Source: Sphaerochaetaceae bacterium (lineage in GTDB: Bacteria > Spirochaetota > Spirochaetia > Sphaerochaetales > Sphaerochaetaceae). Taken from it: a DNA stretch of 64,000 nt. The notes below the pieces were generated by a model. It saw only the letters and a list, made by a program, of their open reading frames with translations. It searched no databases and was not told the origin of the DNA. Of the stretch, positions 27,036 to 37,561 are shown one piece after another (within the stretch, counting starts at the first letter, position 1; every line of letters begins with the position of its first letter). A program made the translations under genes and the position numbers. Where the stretch lies: the NCBI GenBank assembly GCA_963643635.1, contig CAVILL010000001.1, positions 124-64,123 on the forward strand. Direction: 5' to 3'.

Positions 27036-27647
27036 TTACTTTTCCATCATCGTCCCGATGAAGGAGAAGAGGACCTCCATGGCCCTGTCGTTGTAGCCGC
27101 CCTCGGGAATGATGAGATCCGCGTAGGACTTGCTGGGCTCGATGAAGTTGAAGTGGCCCGGTCTCACGACCTTCGTGTACTGCTCGATTACCGACTCGAC
27201 TGTGCGTCCGCGCTCCTTGACGTCTCTCTGGAGACGGCGGATGAATCTGATGTCGGAGGGAGTATCGACATAGAGCTTGAGGTCCAGCATGTCGCGGATG
27301 CGCTCGTCATAGAAGACCATGAGGCCGTCGATTATGATTATGGACGAAGGCTCGACAGTCACGTACTCGTCCTTTCTCCTGTGATGGACGAAATCATACT
27401 GCGGCATAAGGCAGCTTCTGCCTTCCTTGAGATCCTTTATGTTGTCCAGAAGCAGGTCCATGTCGAAAGCATCGGGATGGTCGAAATTGTAGGCTGTTAT
27501 GTTGTCGTTGCTGACGAAGGCGGCGGACTTGTAGTAGTTGTCCTGCTCGATCAGTACAGCATCGGGATAGCGTTCCTTGATTCTCTTGACAACCGTGCTC
27601 TTACCCGAGCCCGATCCTCCTGTTATTCCTACAATCCTGACCTTCAT
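27036..27647 (-). CDS. udk: Uridine kinase
   Basis: 203 aa. The P-loop is IVGITGGSGSGKSTV, and the protein looks Udk-like along its full length. Confidence 0.9.
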   Translation of the reverse strand: MKVRIVGITGGSGSGKSTVVKRIKERYPDAVLIEQDNYYKSAAFVSNDNITAYNFDHPDAFDMDLLLDNIKDLKEGRSCLMPQYDFVHHRRKDEYVTVEPSSIIIIDGLMVFYDERIRDMLDLKLYVDTPSDIRFIRRLQRDVKERGRTVESVIEQYTKVVRPGHFNFIEPSKSYADLIIPEGGYNDRAMEVLFSFIGTMMEK

Positions 27648-27650
27648 TCC

Positions 27651-28604
27651 TCACTCCCCCTTCACGATAAGCGTATATACCGTTTCGGTTACGTATTCAC
27701 TGTCCTTATCTGTAAAGGCCTGGGGAAAGTCCGGGCGGTTGGGAGTATCCGGCCACTGTCCCGTCTCGAGGGCTATTCCCCTGAATGGCTTCGGAAGGTT
27801 CGCTCCGGTATATACCTGGATGCCCTTCTCCGTCGTGCGGCATGTGAGCTTCGCGCGGTTACCCTCGGCAACGACGACTGCATCCTCCTCGAGGCACCAG
27901 GAGTTGTCATATCTTCCTCCTCTGCGTGCTCCGACGACATGCGGGGTACGGAAATCGTAGTCCGTGGATGCGACAAAGGTGGGTGTATTCCTCAGAGGAA
28001 TGAGATTCTCGTCGACATCGATGAATCTCTCTGCGGGAACCGTCAGAGTCAGGAATCTCGTGTCCCTGTCATCAAGGATGAAGTATGCATGGTTCGTGAC
28101 TGCAACGGGACACTTCCTGTCTGAATGAACCCTGTATTTAAGCTTGAGTGTACCGACAGCGGTAATCGTGTAGGTTACCTCAGCCTCGTGGGCTCCGGGA
28201 AAGCCGCCGAGAGCGTCGGGAGTGGAGAGAGTCAGCGTAATGCTTTCGTCGTCTGAGTCCTTTATTCTCCAGTTCATATCGCCCCAGTTGGCAGAGCCCG
28301 AGTGGAGGGAGTGGTTGACGTTGAAGTTCCTGTCGAGACTGTATGTGACGCCGTCGAGCGTGAAGGACGCGTTTGCGATGCGGTTAGCATAAGGTCCAAC
28401 GACTTCGCCGCGGTGACCGTTACCCGCCCTTAGGTAGTCATCGAATACGGGATGGGTGAGAACTGCGTTCCAGTCCTCCGTTCCCCAGTAGACAATCGTG
28501 GCGCCCTTCGTCATCACGCTGAACCTGTACTTCCCGCTCCTGAGGGTTGCGAGAACAACATCCTCTCCGTTGTAACTGCCCCAGACTGTCTTTTCCATCT
28601 TCAT
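27651..28604 (-). CDS. galM: Aldose 1-epimerase (galactose mutarotase family)
   Basis: 317 aa. Motifs are GPYANRIANASFTLDGVTYSL, NHSLHSG and TNHAYF. Confidence 0.8.
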   Translation of the reverse strand: MKMEKTVWGSYNGEDVVLATLRSGKYRFSVMTKGATIVYWGTEDWNAVLTHPVFDDYLRAGNGHRGEVVGPYANRIANASFTLDGVTYSLDRNFNVNHSLHSGSANWGDMNWRIKDSDDESITLTLSTPDALGGFPGAHEAEVTYTITAVGTLKLKYRVHSDRKCPVAVTNHAYFILDDRDTRFLTLTVPAERFIDVDENLIPLRNTPTFVASTDYDFRTPHVVGARRGGRYDNSWCLEEDAVVVAEGNRAKLTCRTTEKGIQVYTGANLPKPFRGIALETGQWPDTPNRPDFPQAFTDKDSEYVTETVYTLIVKGE

Positions 28605-30415
28605 TTCTCCTCATCGGTCTTGAGAACGGCAAGGAATGCGGACTGCGGAATCTCGACATTGCCGACCATCTTCATCCTCTTCTTTCCTTCCTTCTGCTTC
28701 TCAAGAAGCTTTCTCTTACGCGATATATCACCGCCGTAGCACTTTGCGGTGACATCCTTACGGTATGCATTGACCGTCTCGCGGGCGATTATCGTCCCGC
28801 CTATTGCGGCCTGTATTGCTATCTTGAACTGCTGTCTCGGTATTTCCTTCTGCAGCCTCTCGACTATCTGACGGCCCCGCGCCTGGGCGTTGCCCCTGAA
28901 GACGAGACAGCTCAAAGCGTCAACCGGCTCTCCGTTCACGAGAATCTCCATTCTCACGAGCTCGGTTCGCTTCTCTCCGGTGACCTGGTAGTCGAAGGAT
29001 GCGTAGCCGCGTGATATGCTCTTCAGTCTGTCGTAGAAATCGAAGAGCACTTCGGAGAGCGGCATGTCATATATGAGTTCGACACGCTTTGTGTCGAGAT
29101 AGTTCATCTGCGTCTGCACGCCTCTCTTCTCGAGGCAGAGAGTGATGATCGGCCCCACGTACTCCGTCGGCGTTATGATGTTCGCCTGGATGTACGGTTC
29201 CTCTGCGTAATCCACTCTCATCGGATCGGGGTACTCGAGAGGATTGTCGATTCTGAGAACAGAACCGTCCCTCATGTGTACCGTGTATCTTACGGAGGGT
29301 GATGTGAAGACAATCGAGAGGTCGAACTCCCTCTCTATTCTCTCCTGTATGACTTCGAGGTGGAGCATTCCCAGAAAGCCGCAGCGGAAACCGAAGCCGA
29401 GAGCTGCCGAGGAATCCTTCTCGTACATGAGGGAAGCATCGTTGAGCTTGAGGCGCTCGATTGCATCCTGAAGCTCCTCGTAGTCGTTGCTGTCCACGGG
29501 GTAGATCGAGGAGAAGACCACGGGCTTTACTTCCTTGAAGCCCGGAAGGGGCTCGGAAGCCGGTGAGGAAGCAGATGTAATGGTATCACCGACGCGGATG
29601 TCGGAGATGTTCTTGATTCCGGCGATGAAGTACCCCACGTCCCCCGCCTCGAGGGAGGGCTTGGAGACAAGGTTTATCTGGAAGAGTCCGAGGTCCTCGA
29701 CCCTGTACACGGCACCCGAGTGCATGAAGAGAATCTCGTCTCCCGTCTTTATGCTTCCGGAGAATATTCTTGCGTGCACGATGACACCGCGGTAGGGGTC
29801 GTAGTGGGAGTCGAATATGAGAGCTCTCAGACTCTCGTCCTTCCTTCCCGTCGGAGCGGGGATGTAGTTGACGATTGCCTCATAGAGTCCGTCGACACCC
29901 TCTCCCGTCTTCGCGGAAACCTTCACGGCCATGTCGGAATCGAGTCCGAGGTCGTGGTCTATCTGCTTCAGACATGAATCTATGTCCGCCGAAGCGAGGT
30001 CTATCTTGTTTATTACGGGGATTATCTCGAGGTTGTGCTCCATCGCGAGGTAGAGGTTCGCAAGCGTCTGCGCCTCCACACCCTGGGTGGCGTCAATCAG
30101 AAGGAGCGCCCCCTCACACGATGATATTGCCCTGCTCACTTCATAGGTAAAGTCCACGTGACCCGGAGTGTCGACGAGATTGAGTTCATACTCTTCCCCG
30201 TCCGCCGCCGTGTACGGAATCGTCACCGCCTGGCTCTTGATCGTGATACCCCTCTCCTTCTCGATGTCCATGTTGTCGAGTATCTGGGTCTCGAGGGGGC
30301 CGCGGGTCTGCACGAGGCGGGCCCTCTCGATGAAGCGGTCCGCAAGGGTGCTTTTGCCGTGGTCTATGTGGGCTATGATGCAGAAATTACGTTTATGAAG
30401 TGTGTCTACTGCCAT
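28601..30415 (-). CDS. lepA: Elongation factor 4
   Basis: 604 aa. It has FCIIAHIDHGKSTLADR and DTPGHVDF, and a LepA C-terminal domain. Confidence 0.95.
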   Translation of the reverse strand: MAVDTLHKRNFCIIAHIDHGKSTLADRFIERARLVQTRGPLETQILDNMDIEKERGITIKSQAVTIPYTAADGEEYELNLVDTPGHVDFTYEVSRAISSCEGALLLIDATQGVEAQTLANLYLAMEHNLEIIPVINKIDLASADIDSCLKQIDHDLGLDSDMAVKVSAKTGEGVDGLYEAIVNYIPAPTGRKDESLRALIFDSHYDPYRGVIVHARIFSGSIKTGDEILFMHSGAVYRVEDLGLFQINLVSKPSLEAGDVGYFIAGIKNISDIRVGDTITSASSPASEPLPGFKEVKPVVFSSIYPVDSNDYEELQDAIERLKLNDASLMYEKDSSAALGFGFRCGFLGMLHLEVIQERIEREFDLSIVFTSPSVRYTVHMRDGSVLRIDNPLEYPDPMRVDYAEEPYIQANIITPTEYVGPIITLCLEKRGVQTQMNYLDTKRVELIYDMPLSEVLFDFYDRLKSISRGYASFDYQVTGEKRTELVRMEILVNGEPVDALSCLVFRGNAQARGRQIVERLQKEIPRQQFKIAIQAAIGGTIIARETVNAYRKDVTAKCYGGDISRKRKLLEKQKEGKKRMKMVGNVEIPQSAFLAVLKTDEEK

Positions 30416-30417
30416 AC

Positions 30418-32472
30418 TTATTTCAGATCCGTTACGTGCTCGACTGCTTCAAAACCGAACATCTCCCTGATCTCCCTGTCGTCGAGAGTCTCCTTCTCGA
30501 CAAGAGCGGATGTGAGAGCGTCAAGCTGGTCGCGGTGAGTGGTGAGAATATCCATCGTCTCCCTGAGACAGGAGGAGAGTATCTTCTGCATTTCCTCGTC
30601 GATACGGCGTGCAGTCTCCTCCGAGTAGTCCTTGTGCTGCGCGATCTCGCGTCCGAGGAACAGCGGTTCCCCGCCGTCGGAGAGATTGATGAAGCCCAGA
30701 TCCGACATACCCCACTCGGTGACCATGCGCTGAGCCATGCTCGTCGCCTGCTTTATGTCGTTGCTCGTACCGGTCGTCGTCTCCCCGTAGACAATCTGCT
30801 CTGCGGCATAGCCGCCCATGCATATCTTGATTCTGTCGAGGAGATAGCTCTTCTGTATTGTGTACTGATCCTTCTCGGGAAGACTCATGGTAATACCGAG
30901 AGCCTGGCCGTGGGGAATGATCGTGACCTTGTGAAGGGGATCGACATGCTTGAGGTAGTAGTGCAGAAGCGTGTGTCCCGCTTCGTGGTACGCCGTGGCC
31001 CTCTTCTCGTCCTCGGTCATGAATGCGCTCTTCTTGGCAACACCCAGGATTATCTTGTCGCGTGCAGCCTCGAAGTCATCCATGCTGACAATCGTCCTGT
31101 CGCTGCGGGCGGCAAAGAGTGCGGCCTCATTGACCATGTTGGCAAGGTCGGCGCCGCTTGTGCCCGGTGTGGCACGTGCAATGCGCGCAAGGTCGACATC
31201 GCTCTCGAGCTTGACCTTCTTCGTATGTATGCGGAGGATATCGAGTCTCTCCTGTACGTCGGGAAGAGCAACCGTGACCTGACGGTCGAAGCGTCCGGGT
31301 CGCAGGAGTGCCGGATCGAGTACGTCCGGTCTGTTCGTCGCTGCAAGCACGATGACACCCGGCTCGTTGTCGAAGCCGTCCATCTCGACGAGCATCTGGT
31401 TCAGAGTCTGCTCCCTCTCGTCATGCCCGCCGCCGAGGCCCGAGCCGCGGGAGCGTCCGACTGCATCGAGCTCGTCGATGAATATGATGCACGGAGCGGA
31501 TTTCCGTCCCTGCTCGAAGAGGTCTCTGACTCTCGAAGCTCCCATACCCACGAACATCTCGACGAAGTCCGAACCGGAAGTGTGGAGGAACGTTACTCCC
31601 GCCTCCCCTGCTACGGCACGTGCCAGGAGCGTCTTACCCGTTCCCGGAGGGCCTACGAGAAGGCATCCCTTGGGAATCCTGGCGCCGATCTTCGTGAAAC
31701 GCTCGGGATTCTTCAGGAAGTCGACGATTTCCTGCAGTTCGTACTTCGCTTCCTTCTGTCCCGCAACATCCTTGAACGTTATCTTGTTGTCCTTTGCGTC
31801 GTATTCACGCGCAAGGGACTTGCCGAAGGAGCCCATCATACGGCTTCCGCCCATCATACCCGTGGAACGGAGCATGCTGATCATGAGAACAATGAAGATG
31901 ATCCACGGCAGGAGCTCGAGAAGAATCGCCCAGATTGACGTGGTCTCGGCAGAGCCCGAAAGCTCGACGCCCGCCGACACGAGTCTCGAGACGAGCGTTA
32001 TGTCGGAATACGGAATGCGCGTCGAATAGTAGCCTCCGTCGGATGTAATGTACGTGATGTTCGTGCTTCCGACGATCTCGGCCGACTTTACCCTGCCGCT
32101 GTCGACAAGTGAGATGAAATCGGAATAGCTCGTCTTGACGGCCTTCGCCGACTGCGAATCCTGGAAGAAGACCACGAAGAATGAGATTGCGAGAAGAATC
32201 AGGACAATGAAGGCAATCCTGTTGTGGATGCTGTTCTTGCCGCCCTGCGGATTCTTCTTTCCGTTTCCGGAGCCGCCTTCGCTTCCCCAGTAGCGGTACT
32301 TATCGTAGAGGTTGTCGCCGTCCTTCCTCTGCTGCTTCCTGTCGTCTTTCTTTCCGTCAGAAGGCTTCTTTTCCCCTTCGGGAGCCTTTTCATCGGAAGA
32401 AGGTGCCTTTTCGGGAGATATCATCTCCCCGTCTACAACCTCGTCCTTCTTATCCTTGTCGAAACTGTCCAT
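30418..32472 (-). CDS. ftsH: ATP-dependent zinc metalloprotease FtsH
   Basis: 684 aa. Walker A is [18 protein letters not shown] and the zinc site is HEAGH. The N-terminal extension is long, basic and Gly-rich. Confidence 0.95.
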   Translation of the reverse strand: MDSFDKDKKDEVVDGEMISPEKAPSSDEKAPEGEKKPSDGKKDDRKQQRKDGDNLYDKYRYWGSEGGSGNGKKNPQGGKNSIHNRIAFIVLILLAISFFVVFFQDSQSAKAVKTSYSDFISLVDSGRVKSAEIVGSTNITYITSDGGYYSTRIPYSDITLVSRLVSAGVELSGSAETTSIWAILLELLPWIIFIVLMISMLRSTGMMGGSRMMGSFGKSLAREYDAKDNKITFKDVAGQKEAKYELQEIVDFLKNPERFTKIGARIPKGCLLVGPPGTGKTLLARAVAGEAGVTFLHTSGSDFVEMFVGMGASRVRDLFEQGRKSAPCIIFIDELDAVGRSRGSGLGGGHDEREQTLNQMLVEMDGFDNEPGVIVLAATNRPDVLDPALLRPGRFDRQVTVALPDVQERLDILRIHTKKVKLESDVDLARIARATPGTSGADLANMVNEAALFAARSDRTIVSMDDFEAARDKIILGVAKKSAFMTEDEKRATAYHEAGHTLLHYYLKHVDPLHKVTIIPHGQALGITMSLPEKDQYTIQKSYLLDRIKICMGGYAAEQIVYGETTTGTSNDIKQATSMAQRMVTEWGMSDLGFINLSDGGEPLFLGREIAQHKDYSEETARRIDEEMQKILSSCLRETMDILTTHRDQLDALTSALVEKETLDDREIREMFGFEAVEHVTDLK

Positions 32473-32594
32473 CGATTATCCTTATAGAGTATATTACTTT
32501 TTATACCGGAATCACTCAACAGAGCATCCCGGTATGGAGTTAACCCGAAAAGCGAAGAATTGTTAACCTTCCAGAATGTAATTTCTGTGGATTC

Positions 32595-33095
32595 TCAGAT
32601 CTTCTTCTTTTTTTCGGTGTTGAGTGCCTTCTCGATTGTCCTTATGAGTTCCACGGATTCCTTCATCGCCGCATCCATCTCGTCGACGGCTGCGAGGAAT
32701 TCGTCTCTCCTGCGGTCGTTGTAAAAGACTGCAACATCATCGCATTTCGTCTCGGCGGCAGCGAACTTCTTCACGGCCGTTGAGACTTCGGGAATCTTGA
32801 AGCCTTCGAACTCGAAGACGCGGAGGACGGAGCCCGTATCGTGAAGGCGTGTGCGCATCGTGTAGAGCAGTCTGTGTGCCTTGCTCTTCGTAAGCGATTT
32901 CTTTCCAAAGCCGTTACGGAAGGAAAGAAGGCATCTTCTCACCTTCCTGATGTTGTTCATCGCCCTCCTGACGCCGTCGGACCCGAGTCCGTTCGCGCGA
33001 CACAAGAGCTGCGTGATTCCGAGCAGGATGAGCATGTCGATGATTGTCACGAGACCGTTCGTGAATGATGCGCTTTCAAGAAGTCTGCCGATCAT
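32595..33095 (-). CDS. Hypothetical protein
   Basis: 166-aa ORF that overlaps the end of the mscS-like gene by 4 nt. I recognise no family. Confidence 0.5.
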   Translation of the reverse strand: MIGRLLESASFTNGLVTIIDMLILLGITQLLCRANGLGSDGVRRAMNNIRKVRRCLLSFRNGFGKKSLTKSKAHRLLYTMRTRLHDTGSVLRVFEFEGFKIPEVSTAVKKFAAAETKCDDVAVFYNDRRRDEFLAAVDEMDAAMKESVELIRTIEKALNTEKKKKI

Positions 33096-33898
33096 GCCTT
33101 ATCCTCCCCGTTTCTGTAGCTTACCGTGACCTGCGGGTAAGCGAGAGCTATGTCGTTGCTGATGAGAGCCTTTATAACCTCTTCCTTCATGGTGCACTTC
33201 GCCATGTAGAGGTCTTTGGCCTCAGCCCAGCCGGAGAGCGTCAGCCTGATCTCGCTGTCGGCGAGAGACGATACGACAACGGCGGGAGCCGGAGTCTTGA
33301 GAACTCTTCCGTTTGCCGCGGCAGTATCGAGGATGACCTTTCTCGCCCTGTCGATGTCGGCATCATAGTCGATTCCGAACTCAAGGTCGAACTTTCTCTC
33401 TCCATAGACGGAGTTGTTGATTACCGTGGAGGAGAAAACGGTCTTGTTTGGTATTGTGATATCTGTCTTGTCGATTGTCGTGAGGACGGTGTGGAGGAGC
33501 TTGATTTCCTTCACGACTCCCGAGTAGGAACCGATCGTGACGTAGTCGTTGACCTTGAAGAGACGGCTCGTGACAAGCATGATTCCGTTCGCAACACCGC
33601 CGATGATATCCTGTATGGCAAGTCCTATTGCGAGAGTGACTGCACTCACGGCGCTCACGATTCCCGTCAGCGGTATGTTGAGATTGCTCAGACATATGAA
33701 GAGAAGTCCGAGGTACAGAAGAATTTTCGCTATTGCCGTCACAAACCCGATGAGGGCATTGTCGACTCTGAGATTGATGAGGGTCATCTCCAGAAGTCTC
33801 ATTATGTTGAAGATCACATAAAGACCGATGATGACGATTATTGCTGTGGAAATATAGGAAAAACCGTATTTATCCATGAACTGCCACAGATTGTCCAT
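33092..33898 (-). CDS. Mechanosensitive ion channel family protein (MscS-like)
   Basis: 268 aa. Three TM helices are followed by GLAIQDIIGGVANGIMLVTSRLFKVNDYVTI...GVVKEIKLLHTVL. Confidence 0.85.
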   Translation of the reverse strand: MDNLWQFMDKYGFSYISTAIIVIIGLYVIFNIMRLLEMTLINLRVDNALIGFVTAIAKILLYLGLLFICLSNLNIPLTGIVSAVSAVTLAIGLAIQDIIGGVANGIMLVTSRLFKVNDYVTIGSYSGVVKEIKLLHTVLTTIDKTDITIPNKTVFSSTVINNSVYGERKFDLEFGIDYDADIDRARKVILDTAAANGRVLKTPAPAVVVSSLADSEIRLTLSGWAEAKDLYMAKCTMKEEVIKALISNDIALAYPQVTVSYRNGEDKA

Positions 33899-35197
33899 TT
33901 ATACCTCCGTATAAGATTCATTTTCCAAGTCGGCCGCGATTCTGACCGTTCGCCCCCTTCTTTCTCTGAGAAAGAGCGCGATTCTGTCCCTGCCGCCGAG
34001 GAACGATGAGAAGAACGCAGCGGTTCTTCCATCCCTTTCAAGTATAACAGCATAAGGCACTTTCCACTCTTTTAAAAGAGAGGAAATCCTTCTTTTTCCG
34101 TCAACGAGGTCGATTGTGTCGCCGGAGCGTGAGAGTCTGAGAGTACAGGAGGAAAGGAATTCCCCGTCAATCGAGAGCGTAAGACTGTCGCCTCCTCCCT
34201 CCTTCACCCTCAGAGGATAAGGCAACTGTGTCTTCTCTCCCCTGTACGGAACACTGAAGGGGAGAATCCTCTTCGTGTAGCACTTAACAAGAAGCGGTGT
34301 CACATAGATTATGTATGACGCACTCCCGACTCTCTTCTCCCCTCTTTCAATCATCGAGTCGATTTCAGAGAGGTACCTTCTTGAGAGCCTCTCCTTCTCT
34401 CCGAGGGCGGCAAAGACTCTGTAAAGCGTCTTCTCCCTCACGGGAGGCAGAGACGAGAGGTACCTCTCCCTGTCGAAAGAGACGAATAACGGGGATGAAA
34501 ATGAAAAGGCGATACCCTCCCCGGGAATCTCTGTAGCGTTTTCGGCTATCGAAGAAAGAAGACTCTTCGCTTCGGGAGAAATCAGAGGCATGAGGTTGTG
34601 TCTTATCCAGTTTCTTCTGTAATGCGTGTCGCTGTTCGTCGAGTCGACAGAAGGAGTCAGAGAAAGAGATGCAACCGTACTGTGGATTTCGTCCTTCGAC
34701 ACGTGTAGAACGGGACGGAAGATCATGCCGCTTCTCTCCCTCACACCTCCCCATGCCCAGAAGGGAGAATGCGAGAGCATCCTCATGAGCACCGTCTCCG
34801 CCTGGTCGTCCTCGTGGTGTGCAGTGAGAATCCATCTGAAGCCGCGGGATAAGGCATATTCTGTCAGAAGAGCATAACGCATCTCCCTCGCCGCAGCCTC
34901 GATCCCCTTGTCCTCACTCTTCGCCTTTCTCTCGATAACTCCTCTTTCAACCCTGAGAACTGTAAGAGGAATTCCGAGAGATGCAGCATTACGTCTGTTC
35001 CTCTCTTCCTCTTCTGCGAGTTCCTCTTCGCTTCTGAGGCCGTGGTTCACGTACACGGCCGCCGTTCTCTGAGGCGCGAGAACTGAAAGGACATACATCA
35101 GAAAGAGAGAATCCTCCCCGCCGGAGAAGGCAAGGAGGAGCTTTCCCGAAGAGGGAATGTTCACGCTAGCGGGAATTGACGCTCTGGATGACTTCAT
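33899..35197 (-). CDS. tilS: tRNA(Ile)-lysidine synthetase
   Basis: 432 aa. The PP-loop is LLLAFSGGEDSLFL. An alternative GTG start at 35164 would remove the 32-nt overlap with pth. Confidence 0.85.
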   Translation of the reverse strand: MKSSRASIPASVNIPSSGKLLLAFSGGEDSLFLMYVLSVLAPQRTAAVYVNHGLRSEEELAEEEERNRRNAASLGIPLTVLRVERGVIERKAKSEDKGIEAAAREMRYALLTEYALSRGFRWILTAHHEDDQAETVLMRMLSHSPFWAWGGVRERSGMIFRPVLHVSKDEIHSTVASLSLTPSVDSTNSDTHYRRNWIRHNLMPLISPEAKSLLSSIAENATEIPGEGIAFSFSSPLFVSFDRERYLSSLPPVREKTLYRVFAALGEKERLSRRYLSEIDSMIERGEKRVGSASYIIYVTPLLVKCYTKRILPFSVPYRGEKTQLPYPLRVKEGGGDSLTLSIDGEFLSSCTLRLSRSGDTIDLVDGKRRISSLLKEWKVPYAVILERDGRTAAFFSSFLGGRDRIALFLRERRGRTVRIAADLENESYTEV

Positions 35198-35708
35198 CGA
35201 TATTCCTTCCCTCGAGGATTTCGATTACGGCATCTGCAGCACGTGAAACGGCATCCTCGATCAGGGGCTTCTCCTCCTCTCTGAACTGAGAGAGTACATG
35301 ATTGATTACGACGCCGTCGTCCGGTCTCCCGATTCCGATGTAGACGTGGATGAAGTCGCCTTCATAGTGGGCGATCATCGACTTGAGGCCGTTATGTCCG
35401 GCACTCCCGCCCTTCTTCTTTATCCTCACCTTTCCGGGCGGCAGATCGAGCTGGTCGCAGATCACGATCAGATCCTCGTCCTTCCCGACAAGACCGTCCA
35501 CGGCCTCGCCCGAGGAGTTCATGTACGTAAGAGGTTCTACGAGACAGTCCTTTCTGTCGAAAATGTATGCCGTCCGGCAGGGACGAAAACAGCGCTTACG
35601 GAAGTGACCTCCCTTAAGCGCTGCTATCTTCTCGACTGTCATGAAGCCGACATTATGTCTCGTACCCGCATACTCCGTTCCCGGATTACCAAGTCCGAAT
35701 ACAAACAT
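35166..35708 (-). CDS. pth: Peptidyl-tRNA hydrolase
   Basis: 180 aa. It begins MFVFGLGNPGTEYAGTRHNVGF. Confidence 0.9.
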   Translation of the reverse strand: MFVFGLGNPGTEYAGTRHNVGFMTVEKIAALKGGHFRKRCFRPCRTAYIFDRKDCLVEPLTYMNSSGEAVDGLVGKDEDLIVICDQLDLPPGKVRIKKKGGSAGHNGLKSMIAHYEGDFIHVYIGIGRPDDGVVINHVLSQFREEEKPLIEDAVSRAADAVIEILEGRNIDEVIQSVNSR

Positions 35709-35711
35709 ATC

Positions 35712-36362
35712 TTATGCGTTTGCACCTGCATCAGCTGCTGCGGCACCTGTTGTGACTTCGGGAGCTGCATTCTCATCAGTAGCTGCCGTTTCGACATCTT
35801 CCCTGACCATCTTGACAGATGCGATTGTAGTTTCGACATCGTCGAGAACCTTGATTGTCTCGGGAATAGCGAGGTCGGAGATTCTGAATGTCTCGTTGAG
35901 ACCGAGACCGGAAATATCTGCAACAAGCTTCTCGGGGAGGTTTCTCGGGAAGCATTCGATTTCGATTTCGTGTGTAACCTGCTCGAGGACACCGCCGTCT
36001 CTGACACCTGTCGGTGTACCAGTGAGTTCGACTCTGACCTTTGTTCTGAGGAGCTGACCGAATGTGACTTCGAAGAGGTCGACATGCTGGATGCAGTTCT
36101 TGAGAAGGTTCTCCTGGATTTCCTTGACGAATACGTTCCTGTCCTCGCCGCCCTCAACCTTGAGTGTGATGAGCGTCGTTTCCGTGAACGAGTTCTTCTT
36201 CATTCTGAATTCCTTGGCATCAAGTGTCACGTAGACAGGTGCGACACCCTTCTTTCCGTAGATAACTGCCGGAATTCTTCCGCTTCTTACGACTCTTCTG
36301 GATCCCGAAGAACCGAAGTCTTCTGTTCTGAGTTTAGCTGAGAGCACTTTTTCTGTAGCCAT
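35712..36362 (-). CDS. rplY: 50S ribosomal protein L25 / general stress protein Ctc
   Basis: The start is set at MATEKVLSAKLR (ATG 36362), behind AAGGAGAAAAAGT. It has RIPAVIYGKKG and an Ala-rich C-terminal tail. Confidence 0.85.
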   Translation of the reverse strand: MATEKVLSAKLRTEDFGSSGSRRVVRSGRIPAVIYGKKGVAPVYVTLDAKEFRMKKNSFTETTLITLKVEGGEDRNVFVKEIQENLLKNCIQHVDLFEVTFGQLLRTKVRVELTGTPTGVRDGGVLEQVTHEIEIECFPRNLPEKLVADISGLGLNETFRISDLAIPETIKVLDDVETTIASVKMVREDVETAATDENAAPEVTTGAAAADAGANA

Positions 36363-36491
36363 ACTTTTTCTCCTTAACTCTCGTGGGATCACCCCACTAC
36401 CATTGCCACGCCTGAAGGCGCCAGAAAGAATGATAGCTGATTCGCCTCCGATTAATCAAGCATCCTGATGAATAGGTGGTAGAATGAAGAC

Positions 36492-37527
36492 ATGATAATA
36501 TATCACGGCAACGGCACTCCTGTATCTGAACCGAATCGGAAGAGGGGATTACGTCCGTATTTCGTAACGTCAGAAGACATCACCTATGCCGGAGAAAGGG
36601 CACAGTGGGCAATCCGGCATGTCGACGCCTGTGAATACAGTCCGATCACCTTCGTCTCCGGGTACGATTTCGATACTTCAGGGCTTTCCACAGCCGACTG
36701 CACCGTCCCCCCGGATAAGGAACCTTCCTTCTTCGAGCCCCTGTCTTCTCCCGCTTCTCTCTATGATGCTGTACTCCTTCCGCATCTCTCCGGCAGGGGA
36801 AACGCCGTAATCGAATCATATGTCGCAGAGAAGGAGGAGCTTGTTATCCGTGGAGAGGATGATGACGCTCTGAGATTCCGTACACTCGAAAAGCTTAACT
36901 CTCTTTCTCCGTCTCCCCGTACTGTTCTCATTGCCCCGCGCTCGTTTTCTAACCTCAGCTACCGCTCATGCCGTGTATACTCTGCTTCTCGGTACTGTAA
37001 AAAGGGGGGAGAGCATAAACTTCGAATACTACCAGAAGGCGGCAAAGGAAGCAGAATGCGATGAAAGCGGAGCTGTCATCTCCACTCCCGGTTACGACAG
37101 CGCCGGAGGATTCCTTCCAGACAAGATTCCGATACTCCTTTCCATCCTCCTCAGGCTCGAGCGTCACTACCCTTCATTCACCTCCGCCCTTCATGATTTC
37201 TACCTCAGCAATGCATACTCTTCTCTTTCCGACTATCAGGACCGCACCATACTCATGCTTCCCGTACACCGCTGCAGACTCTCATGCCTCGAACTCGGCC
37301 TCACGCCTCTTCCCTATACACCGCAGAGGGGAAAATACTCATCATTCAATCCTGAAGAAGGAAATCATCGGATACGTCGAGAGGAAGATTATCGTATCTC
37401 CGGAGAGGTCAATCGCAGGCATTGGATGTTAATTCCGACAAATCACTCAGTTATTTTCCTACAATCTGCTCAATATTTTTCCTGCAAAACGCTCAATATT
37501 TTTCCTGCAAATCACTCAATTCATTGA
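36492..37527 (+). pseudogene. Disrupted hypothetical gene (two overlapping reading frames)
   Basis: ORF 36492..37064 and ORF 36931..37527 both look protein-like and overlap by 134 nt in different frames. There is no credible minus-strand ORF. The last about 90 nt are tandem repeats and probably non-coding. Confidence 0.3.
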
Positions 37528-37528
37528 C
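37446..37528 (+). repeat. 23-bp direct tandem repeat, 3.6 copies
   Basis: The copies are CTCAGTTATTTTCCTACAATCTG, CTCAATATTTTTCCTGCAAAACG, CTCAATATTTTTCCTGCAAATCA and the partial CTCAATTCATTGAC. The array ends inside a TTGACT-17-TAAGAT promoter-like element (37524-37552). Confidence 0.8.
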
Positions 37529-37561
37529 TAACTTCTGATATGATATTAAGATGACTACAGG

